60,621 nt of DNA, from positions 1 through 60,621 of the forward strand of contig JBBIJY010000017.1 in assembly GCA_037445735.1 (NCBI GenBank), read 5' to 3'. The stretch comes from Armatimonadota bacterium. Its GTDB lineage: Bacteria > Armatimonadota > Fimbriimonadia > Fimbriimonadales > GBS-DC. Below the pieces are notes generated by a model. That model had not been told where the DNA came from. It made no database searches and was given only the letters and a program-made list of their open reading frames with translations. Made by a program: the position numbers and the translations under genes. This document shows, piece after piece, positions 47,185 through 55,492 of the stretch (its first letter is position 1; each line of letters opens with the position of its first letter).

Positions 47185-48712
47185 AAAAGCCTTCCGCAAG
47201 GTGCTGATTGCCAATCGGGGCGAGATTGCCCGACGGGTGATCACCGCCTGCCGTGAGCTGGGACTGCGCACCGTCGCCGTCTATTCAGAAGCGGACCGGT
47301 TCGCGCCGTTCGTGCAGGAGGCAGATGAAGCCTATCTGCTGGGCGACGCGCCTGTTAGCGAAAGCTACCTCGCCATCGATAAGATTCTGGCGATTGCGCA
47401 GCAGGCGGGTGCGGACGCCATTCATCCCGGCTACGGCTTCCTGTCGGAGAACCCCGATTTTGCGCAGGCGTGTGAGCAGGCAGGGATTACCTTTATTGGA
47501 CCGCCCGCGTCAGTCATTCGCCTGCTGGGCGACAAGGGCGAGGCGAAGCGGCTGGCGGAGCGCGTGGGCGTGCCACTGGTGTCAGGCTTCACCCCGCAGG
47601 AGCCACTCCCACCAGAGGCGCTGCTGACCCATGCACGCGCGGTCGGCTTCCCCCTGCTGCTGAAAGCGGTTGCGGGCGGTGGCGGCAAAGGCATGCGCGT
47701 CGTGAAGGACGAATCGGAGTTTTTGCTCGCGGCGGAAAGCGCGGCACGCGAGGCACAGGGCGCCTTCGGCGACCCGCGCCTGATGCTCGAACGCTACCTC
47801 CCGCGCCCGCGCCACATCGAAGTGCAGATTCTGGCAGACCAGCATGGCAGGGTGCTGCACCTGTTCGAACGCGAATGCTCCATCCAGCGCCGCTATCAAA
47901 AAATTATCGAGGAAAGCCCATCGCCCGCCCTCGATTCTGCCACTCGCGCCGCCATCACCGACGCCGCTGTGCGACTCGCGCAGGCAGCAGGTTATGTGAA
48001 CGCGGGCACGGTCGAGTTTCTCTTTGAAGAGACGCCCGACGGCGCCCGATTCTACTTTCTGGAGGTCAACACGCGCCTGCAGGTGGAGCATCCCGTCACG
48101 GAAATGGTCACAGGACTGGACCTGGTTCACTGGCAGTTGCGGATAGCGATGGGCGAGCGGCTGCCGTTTAATCAGGGCGATATCGAGGGGCGCGGGCACG
48201 CGATGGAGGCGCGCCTCTATGCGGAAGACCCCATGAACGAGTTTGCGCCCTCGCTGGGCACGCTGAGCGTGTGGCAGATGCCGAACCTGCCCGGCGTGCG
48301 CATCGATTCGGGCGTGGAGCGCGGCAGCGTCATCACGCACCACTATGACCCGATGCTGGCGAAGATTATCGCGTGGGGCGCCGATCGGGAGCAGGCGCGG
48401 CAACGACTGCTGAACGCGCTCCAGCAGGCTCTCGTGCTGGGCGTGCGCACGAACCTGGAACTGCTTATCGATATCTTACGCCATCCCGCGTTTCAGGCGG
48501 GCGAACTGCACACGGGCTTTTTGCGCCAGCACGCCGAACTGCTGAACCCGCCTGCCGATCTGCCCGACGCGGTGCTGGTCGGGCTGGCGACGCTCGCTGC
48601 CCTGCCCCGAAGCCGCGTTGCAACCCTTAGCAGGCTGGGTGGAACACCCGATCAGGATCGGCGCGTCCTCAATGTGTGGGAGCAGCTTGGTCGCTGGCGG
48701 CTCGGCGGGTGA
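47168..48712 (+). CDS. Biotin carboxylase subunit of an acyl-CoA carboxylase (no biotin carrier domain)
   Basis: LIANRGEIA, HPGYGFLSEN, GGGGKGMR, RECSIQRR, NTRLQVEHPVTE. Confidence 0.93.
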   Translation: MTRSAKKAFRKVLIANRGEIARRVITACRELGLRTVAVYSEADRFAPFVQEADEAYLLGDAPVSESYLAIDKILAIAQQAGADAIHPGYGFLSENPDFAQACEQAGITFIGPPASVIRLLGDKGEAKRLAERVGVPLVSGFTPQEPLPPEALLTHARAVGFPLLLKAVAGGGGKGMRVVKDESEFLLAAESAAREAQGAFGDPRLMLERYLPRPRHIEVQILADQHGRVLHLFERECSIQRRYQKIIEESPSPALDSATRAAITDAAVRLAQAAGYVNAGTVEFLFEETPDGARFYFLEVNTRLQVEHPVTEMVTGLDLVHWQLRIAMGERLPFNQGDIEGRGHAMEARLYAEDPMNEFAPSLGTLSVWQMPNLPGVRIDSGVERGSVITHHYDPMLAKIIAWGADREQARQRLLNALQQALVLGVRTNLELLIDILRHPAFQAGELHTGFLRQHAELLNPPADLPDAVLVGLATLAALPRSRVATLSRLGGTPDQDRRVLNVWEQLGRWRLGG

Positions 48713-48722
48713 TGAGAGAAAC

Positions 48723-49874
48723 ATGACAAACGTAACGAACTGGTTCGAGATCGATCTGAACGCCCTGCGGCGGAACGCGCGGCGCGTTCAAAAGTTGATA
48801 GGCGAGCGGTGTGCGCTGTGGGCGGTGGTGAAAACCAGCGCCTACGGGCACGGCGCCGTGCCGATAGCCCGTGCCCTTCAGCAGGCGGGCATCGCGCGCA
48901 TGATTGTTGCCACCATCGCTGAAGGCGTCGAGCTGAGAGAGGCGGGCATCACCACACCGATTATGGCGCTCTGCCCGCCCATCAGCAGCGAGGAGTGGTC
49001 AGCCGCCCAGCATTATCGGCTGGAGGTGGTGGTGGAGGGCGAATGGGGCTATCAGCAGGCGCTGATGCAGGCGGAGCGCACTGGCGTGCCCATCGACGCC
49101 CATCTGGAGATCGACACGGGATTGAGCCGACTGGGCTGGCAACCAGGGGAACTGCCCGCGCTGCTGCAACGCTGGCAGGTGGAGCATCCCATCCGCTGGC
49201 GGAGCGTCTTCACCCACTTCGCCTGCGCCGATCGGGACGAGGACGCCACACGCGAGCAGCTGAAGCAGTTTCTAACGGCAGTGGAGGGTCTGCGGCAGGC
49301 GGGCTTTCCCGATGTGCCCCTGCATGCGGCTGCCAGCGCGGGATTATTAACTCTGCCCGAAAGTAGCCTGCATGCGGTGCGATGCGGGCTGCTGCTGTAC
49401 GGCATTATGCCGCTCATCAGCTCGCCGCCCGAGCTGGGGCTGGAGCCGGTGCTGAGCTGGCGGGCGCGCGTGCTGTCGGTGCGCACGATACCCGCGGGGC
49501 AGGGCGTGAGCTACGGCTGGCGGTTCCGTGCCCCGCGCCCCACGCGCGTCGCCACGCTCGGCGTCGGCTATGCCGGCGGCTACCCCCTTGCGCTCAGCGG
49601 ACGGAGCGAGGTCATCCTGCACGGGCAGCGCGTGCCCCAGATCGGTCGCATCTGCATGGATATGATGATGATCGATGTCTCGGAGCTACCGGCCGTGCAA
49701 CCGGGCGAGGTGGCAACCCTGATAGGCGCCGACGGCAACGCGCGCATCCGCGTGGAAGAGCTGGCACAGCTCGTGCCGACCACCCCCCACGAAATCGTCG
49801 CCCGATTAGGCGACCGCCCACCCCGCCTGTTCCTCAACGCAACGGGTGAATTTTTCGAGCGCGATTCCGTATAA
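48723..49874 (+). CDS. alr: Alanine racemase
   Basis: AVVKTSAYGHG, DTGLSRLG, GVSYG, GRICMD. Confidence 0.94.
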   Translation: MTNVTNWFEIDLNALRRNARRVQKLIGERCALWAVVKTSAYGHGAVPIARALQQAGIARMIVATIAEGVELREAGITTPIMALCPPISSEEWSAAQHYRLEVVVEGEWGYQQALMQAERTGVPIDAHLEIDTGLSRLGWQPGELPALLQRWQVEHPIRWRSVFTHFACADRDEDATREQLKQFLTAVEGLRQAGFPDVPLHAAASAGLLTLPESSLHAVRCGLLLYGIMPLISSPPELGLEPVLSWRARVLSVRTIPAGQGVSYGWRFRAPRPTRVATLGVGYAGGYPLALSGRSEVILHGQRVPQIGRICMDMMMIDVSELPAVQPGEVATLIGADGNARIRVEELAQLVPTTPHEIVARLGDRPPRLFLNATGEFFERDSV

Positions 49875-49886
49875 TAAAGTGTGGAA

Positions 49887-49978
49887 GCCCGCGCGAGGGA
49901 CTTCGAAAGCAACTTCATAGAGCCTGATGCCGTCTAAACAGGCAGCGAAGCGCCGTTTCGATGCTCCCTGAGGCGGGC
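49887..49978 (+). ncRNA. Putative structured 5' leader RNA (long rod-like hairpin)
   Basis: Nested pairings GCCCGC/GCGGGC, AGGGA/TCCCT, TCGAAA/TTTCGA, CTTC/GAAG, GCCTG/CAGGC right after TATAAT (49870-49875). Confidence 0.45.
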
Positions 49979-50004
49979 ACGACCTTACGAGGAGGTTTTA
50001 AACG

Positions 50005-50907
50005 ATGGCGACTTTCACACCGTATGAGGTGAATGCGATTCTGAATCGGCTGGCAGGCGAGAAGGCGGATCGCTTCCAGAAGGAGGTGCTGTATCCGCAG
50101 CTGGCGCGCACGATGCGCATCCAGGGCAGCGGTCCGCAGGAGGTGCGTGAGGCGCTGGCAGACCCGTACTACGCCTTCCGCGCGATGCTGGGCTATTACG
50201 CCTTCGCGAAGCGGGGCAACGACCGCGCCGAATACTCCGCGTTCGCCCTCGCCGCTTTAGAGCGCGCCCTGAAGGGCAAGAAAGAGAACTTCAGCACGCT
50301 GCTCGCATCGGGCACCGCGCCCCAGCAACTGTGGGAAGCGTTCGTGCAAATCTGCCAGGAGAACCAGCGCAAAATCAACGAGCAGCTCAATCGCGGGCTG
50401 ATTGAAGGGCTGGCAGAGTTCGCCACCCAGATCTATCAGGAGGACGAGATCGGCAACATCTGGACGCATATCCATCAGGCGATTGTGCGCAGCGGGCGCG
50501 TCGAACCCATCTACCAGAAGATTACCGATATTCGCGGGATTGGACCCAAGGTCGGCTCGCTGCTGCTGCGCGATATGGTCGCGCTCTACGAGCTGGAGAC
50601 GCGTGTCGATCCCGCCGACTACCACTACCTGCAGCCCGTCGACACCTGGATTCGGCGGATTGGACCGATGCTCACCGATGAGCTGACCAACGACTCCGCC
50701 GACTGGATTATCGCGGGCAAGCTCTCCAAACTGTGTCGGCGCAATCGGGTCAGCGGCGTGCGCTTCAATCAGGGCGTGCAATACCTCGCGATTGTCGAGG
50801 TGCGCCGCCTGGAGGATCTGAAAGACTATCTGACGAAGCTGGCGCAGAGCGCGCCCGTCGCCACCGCCCAGCCACGCAACAGCACCAGCTTCACCTGGCG
50901 ACGATAA
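50005..50907 (+). CDS. HhH-GPD superfamily (DNA glycosylase-like) protein
   Basis: ITDIRGIGPKVGSLLL helix-hairpin-helix and PVDTWIRR. Confidence 0.7.
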   Translation: MATFTPYEVNAILNRLAGEKADRFQKEVLYPQLARTMRIQGSGPQEVREALADPYYAFRAMLGYYAFAKRGNDRAEYSAFALAALERALKGKKENFSTLLASGTAPQQLWEAFVQICQENQRKINEQLNRGLIEGLAEFATQIYQEDEIGNIWTHIHQAIVRSGRVEPIYQKITDIRGIGPKVGSLLLRDMVALYELETRVDPADYHYLQPVDTWIRRIGPMLTDELTNDSADWIIAGKLSKLCRRNRVSGVRFNQGVQYLAIVEVRRLEDLKDYLTKLAQSAPVATAQPRNSTSFTWRR

Positions 50908-50957
50908 GGTCGGACATGTCGAACCCACCCGACATGCCCGACCTCCGCTGACCATAC

Positions 50958-52703
50958 CTATAGCACGGGGAAGGCAACGATAAGCCCCTGAGTCGCTGTG
51001 CCCGTGTACGCCTGCTTCTGGAACACCAGGCAGAAGCTCCCGAGCGTGTCCCCCGTGAAGCGGATAGCGGGCAGATAGTCCGCCTGTGAACCCAGCGCCG
51101 ATTCCGGCACCTCATAGCGATTGTAAGGGTTCATCACCGTGACCATCGCCATGCGGGGTTGCGTGGCGCTGCTGCCGCTGATCTGCTGCTGTGCCAGCAC
51201 ATAGGCGTAGGGCGATTTGCGCTCGGCGCGACGCAGCACAGCTATCGTGGCTCGCTCCAGCGGCTGACCGCTGAAAACCTGCTGCGGATAATAGGGCGCT
51301 GGCGTGCCCGTTGAACCGCTGAACGCATAGAGCCAGCCTGAACGGGTCAGCACCAGCACCGAATCGGTGTCCGGCTCATACGCCAGCGGCGAGACCACCC
51401 CGTCGGGCAGGCTGACCGTCCAGTAAGTTGTGCCCTGCAGCGCGGTGAGTGCCACGATGCGCGCGGAGCCAATCTGCGCCAGCAACAGCCGTTCATCGGC
51501 GGTTATCGCGAGGCTTTTAATCGGCTCCGTCGCCACCTGACGCGCCAGCCGAACCCCGCCTGTAACCAGATCAAACGCCACCACATAGCCCTGCGCGGTG
51601 CCCACCACAATCGTGCGGCTGGTCAGCAGCGGCGGGCAGGAGATGTTGCCAACCGCGCTGCTCGGTCGTGCACTTTGCGAAACCCATGTGCCCGCCGAAG
51701 AGATAACATGCAAGCGGTTATCGCTGCCGACCAGATACAGGCGCGAGCGGTACACGATCGGCTGTAAATCGCGACGCACCTGAACCCCGTTGGGCAGGTT
51801 TACCTGCTGATACGGGTCGCTGCTGGTGTCGTTGTTCAGAATGCGTGTCAGGTCAATCCGCAACAGCCGTCCATCGCTCGTGCCCACGAACCAGCCGTTG
51901 TCCACCGCCACGCTCCAGCCGTCAGGAACGAAGTTCAGGGCGCGTCCATAAGCGGCACGATTGCCGTTGAAAGTGGCACCTGCCTGATCCATGCGGTTCG
52001 GCGTGTAGAACAGTCGGGTGATGTTGTTGTTGTCGGTGCCCATCCAGAAGACACGCCCCTGATAATAGATGGGCGCTGCATACAGCCATTGCCCGGGATT
52101 ACAACCCCCACGGCTTTGATAGGAGAGGGTGCGGATAACACCTGCCACATATTCAGCAATCAGGGCGCTGCTCGGGGCGGAGGCGGTGCGAGCCGCCACA
52201 CCTGCCCACGCGCCATCGGTGGGAGTTGAGGAAGAAGGCGGGCGCATGCGCAGAAGATAGCCCATCGTGCGCGCGGGTTCGATCAGGCTGCCCAGGTTGC
52301 TAATCTGCTCACCGCCGTCAATCATGCCGTTCGCGTTCCGATCCTCAAACAGGCTTACCTGCCACACCGGGGTCTCGGTGAGTTCCCACTGCCAGCCCTC
52401 GAACTTGGGGCTATCATAGCCGTTGCCCAGATTGGTCAGCTGGAACTGAAAGAGGGCATCCCCTGCGGGCACGCTCGCACCACGCGGCGAGGGAATCTGC
52501 ATCTGCCAGTTGTACACCTGCCCGACACACACCTGAGCGGCGCCGGAGTTCGTTGCCATGTTGCTGCAGGTCGCCACCGCCTGCAGAGTAAAGGTTGTGC
52601 CTGCCCAGAGCATGCCGTGCAGTGTGCGCGGAACGGTGGTTTCATCCGCACAAAGCGTCGCCAAAACCACCCAGCCCAATACAACTCCCCAAAAGCGTCT
52701 CAT
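50958..52703 (-). CDS. Secreted PQQ-like beta-propeller protein
   Basis: Signal peptide; VGTSDGRLL, VGTAQGYVVAFD and GWLYAF blades. Confidence 0.78.
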   Translation of the reverse strand: MRRFWGVVLGWVVLATLCADETTVPRTLHGMLWAGTTFTLQAVATCSNMATNSGAAQVCVGQVYNWQMQIPSPRGASVPAGDALFQFQLTNLGNGYDSPKFEGWQWELTETPVWQVSLFEDRNANGMIDGGEQISNLGSLIEPARTMGYLLRMRPPSSSTPTDGAWAGVAARTASAPSSALIAEYVAGVIRTLSYQSRGGCNPGQWLYAAPIYYQGRVFWMGTDNNNITRLFYTPNRMDQAGATFNGNRAAYGRALNFVPDGWSVAVDNGWFVGTSDGRLLRIDLTRILNNDTSSDPYQQVNLPNGVQVRRDLQPIVYRSRLYLVGSDNRLHVISSAGTWVSQSARPSSAVGNISCPPLLTSRTIVVGTAQGYVVAFDLVTGGVRLARQVATEPIKSLAITADERLLLAQIGSARIVALTALQGTTYWTVSLPDGVVSPLAYEPDTDSVLVLTRSGWLYAFSGSTGTPAPYYPQQVFSGQPLERATIAVLRRAERKSPYAYVLAQQQISGSSATQPRMAMVTVMNPYNRYEVPESALGSQADYLPAIRFTGDTLGSFCLVFQKQAYTGTATQGLIVAFPVL

Positions 52704-52875
52704 TCTGGTCGCTCCCTCCTGGAGCGAGTCGTTCCATAGCGCAGGAACCCCGATGCAGGCAAAACGCACAGGGGCTTAACGAAAAAGCCCGCTCCCTCTC
52801 CAAAGAGCGGGAACTGCTTCAACCCTCTCCCCTTCAGCGGAAAAGCATCCGGGTGAGAGGGATTTGCACGCGAAA

Positions 52876-52911
52876 CAGGAAGCCCTCGCCTGTTGAGGCG
52901 AGGGCTTCCTG
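52876..52911 (-). terminator. Intrinsic terminator after the PEP-CTERM gene
   Basis: 16-bp stem CAGGAAGCCCTCGCCT/AGGCGAGGGCTTCCTG. Confidence 0.8.
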
Positions 52912-52931
52912 CTCCAAAGACAGAGGAGGCA

Positions 52932-53618
52932 TCAGCGCTTTCGACGACGCAGACCCAGCAGCCCGGTCAGCCCGGCACCGAGCGCCAGCAGGCTCGCCGG
53001 CTCTGGAATGGGACCACTGTAGGCTACATAATCCAGATCCCGAACGGTGGCAGTGATGCGGGTCAATGGAGATTCAACACAGAAAGCATACAGCTCAAGG
53101 TTCAGATAGTTGAACTGATTGCCCCCGGTGTCGTCCATCCGCACAAAGAAGTTGCGATTGCACGCATTTGAGAAGTAAGCGGGAATGATGGTCGCATCCA
53201 CGCGCAGATTGCCACCCGTGATGCGTTTGACCAGGATATCGGCGGGCAGCCCCGTCTGCGAGGCAGGCAAACAGAGGTTAATATCGGTCGCAGGTACGAC
53301 CCAGTTGATCTGGCTTCCGCCTGCCAGCGCTGTTCCCGTGAGCGTGATGGTGGGCAAGCCCGGGATTCCCACCAGTGCCGCCAGATTCAGATTGATGTCC
53401 AGAGTGTTGGAGCTCTTCGTCAGGCAGACGGGATTCTGGTTGCTAATAGTGATAGTTGTTGAAAATGCGCCTGAAGTGACAATGTTGCCCGCGTTCAGGT
53501 CGAACTCGAGCGCGTTATCGAGCCAGACCAGCCCGGCAGCGCCGGGTGGTTGCGCGTATACGCCCGCCATCATCAGCGCAAGGATTGCGCCTGTAGCAAG
53601 CCGTTTCAAGCCTTTCAT
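52932..53618 (-). CDS. PEP-CTERM sorting domain protein
   Basis: Signal peptide MKGLKRL...; IPEPASLLALGAGLTGLLGLRRRKR. Confidence 0.93.
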   Translation of the reverse strand: MKGLKRLATGAILALMMAGVYAQPPGAAGLVWLDNALEFDLNAGNIVTSGAFSTTITISNQNPVCLTKSSNTLDINLNLAALVGIPGLPTITLTGTALAGGSQINWVVPATDINLCLPASQTGLPADILVKRITGGNLRVDATIIPAYFSNACNRNFFVRMDDTGGNQFNYLNLELYAFCVESPLTRITATVRDLDYVAYSGPIPEPASLLALGAGLTGLLGLRRRKR

Positions 53619-53887
53619 AGTCTCATAGACCTCCTCAATGAGCGTTTTTGGGCGGGACAACCCTGCCCATTCAGCTGCAACCCTGCCCGCAGGGAGAGTG
53701 CCACTCTCCCTCACCCGCTTTTTAATGACTCGGCAGATGCCCAAAAGCGGACAGGCTTTTTGACGGATGGGTCAGGAAAGCCCGTTCCGCTCCATTATAA
53801 ACCAGAACGCCGCCGAATCGAGCCAGTAGATTTACGGGTTTTGGGGCTTTTCGGACACCCTCGCACCATCAGGTAAAATCCATCGTA

Positions 53888-54832
53888 ATGGAAACCACAG
53901 GCGTTGAGAAGCTGATTATTGTCGGTTCCGGACCGGCGGGCTACACGGCTGCGCTCTATGCGGCGCGGGCAAACTTATCGCCCCTGCTGTTCGCGGGCAT
54001 CCAGCCCGGCGGACAGCTGATGATTACCACCGATGTTGAGAACTATCCGGGCTTCCCCGACGGGGTTCAGGGACCCGAACTGATGGAGCTGTTTCGTCGG
54101 CAGGCGGAACGGTTCGGCACCCGTGTGCTGTATGAGACCATCACCCGCGTCGATTTCAGCCAGCGACCGTTCCGACTCTGGAGCGATTCGGGGAATGAGT
54201 ATCGCGCTCGCGCGGTGATTATCGCCACGGGCGCCTCCGCCAAATGGCTTGGTCTCGAATCGGAAGGGAAGCTCAAGGGGCATGGCGTCTCCGCATGCGC
54301 CACCTGCGACGGCTTCTTCTTTCGCGGCAAGCGCGTGATTGTGGTCGGCGGGGGCGACACAGCGATGGAAGAGGCGCTCTACCTCACCCATCACTGCGAG
54401 CGCGTCTATGTGGTGCATCGGCGCGACGAACTGCGCGCCTCCAAAATCATGCAGGAGCGCGCCTTCCGCAACCCCAAAATCGAGTTCATCTGGAGTACCA
54501 TCGTGCGCGATATCTACGACCCCAATCTGGGTAAAGTGGTCGGCGTGCGCCTGCATAACCTCAAAACGGACGAAGAGTACGACTTCCCCATCGACGGCGT
54601 GTTCATCGCGATTGGACACAAGCCCAACACCGATTTTCTGCAGGGCATTCTGGAGATGGATGAACTGGGGTATATCCGGGTACGCAACGGCACGCACACC
54701 AGCGTCGAGGGCGTGTTCGCCTGCGGCGATGTGATGGATCGGGTCTATCGTCAGGCGGTGACCGCTGCGGGCACCGGCTGTATGGCGGCGCTGGATGCCG
54801 AACGCTGGCTGGCACAGCACGGCGAGGAATGA
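53888..54832 (+). CDS. trxB: Thioredoxin reductase
   Basis: [39 protein letters not shown]. Confidence 0.98.
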   Translation: METTGVEKLIIVGSGPAGYTAALYAARANLSPLLFAGIQPGGQLMITTDVENYPGFPDGVQGPELMELFRRQAERFGTRVLYETITRVDFSQRPFRLWSDSGNEYRARAVIIATGASAKWLGLESEGKLKGHGVSACATCDGFFFRGKRVIVVGGGDTAMEEALYLTHHCERVYVVHRRDELRASKIMQERAFRNPKIEFIWSTIVRDIYDPNLGKVVGVRLHNLKTDEEYDFPIDGVFIAIGHKPNTDFLQGILEMDELGYIRVRNGTHTSVEGVFACGDVMDRVYRQAVTAAGTGCMAALDAERWLAQHGEE

Positions 54833-54847
54833 ACAGGAGGGATCATT

Positions 54848-55486
54848 ATGCGAACAGCGGCACTGATAAGCGGTCTGATTCTGGCGCTGGCACTGAGTGG
54901 GGCGCAGCAACCGTCGGCGCGTCCCAAATCGGCACAACCTGCCCGGAACAACAAACCCGCCCAATCCGCTCCCAGGCAGACTGCGCCTGGCAACCCGGCG
55001 CCTAAAACGGGTTCCTTCACCCTCAAGGGCACGGGCATCAAGTTCTTCTCACGGGCGGACGGCACGCTCACCATCAAGGGGCACGGCTTCGTGATTGTCG
55101 GCGACCTGAAGGGCGAAATCCGCGCACAGGGCTTCCGTGAACTCAAACAGCTGCCGCGCGGCGTCAGCCTGAACCCGCCCATCAACCAGCGGTTCCGGGT
55201 CTTTCATGGCAGGGGCACGCTCACCATCCAGGGCAAATACGACTCGCTGAAAGCCTCGCTCACTGAAGCGGAGATCAGCTTTCGGGGCGCAGGCAGCTTC
55301 GAGATGATGGGCGTCGGCAAGGGTATCCGCAACGGCAAAGAGCTTGTCATCTATCCTTCGGCTGCCACTCCCATCATCGTGCCCGAACCGGCGTGGCAAG
55401 CCCAGCCACCACCCGTGCAACCAGCTCCTGGGGCGATGCTGAAGGGGCGGACCCCACCGGCAAACCCGCCCGCAACCCGCAAATAG
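54848..55486 (+). CDS. Hypothetical secreted protein
   Basis: RBS, signal peptide, Pro-rich termini. Confidence 0.75.
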   Translation: MRTAALISGLILALALSGAQQPSARPKSAQPARNNKPAQSAPRQTAPGNPAPKTGSFTLKGTGIKFFSRADGTLTIKGHGFVIVGDLKGEIRAQGFRELKQLPRGVSLNPPINQRFRVFHGRGTLTIQGKYDSLKASLTEAEISFRGAGSFEMMGVGKGIRNGKELVIYPSAATPIIVPEPAWQAQPPPVQPAPGAMLKGRTPPANPPATRK

Positions 55487-55492
55487 CCCGCC

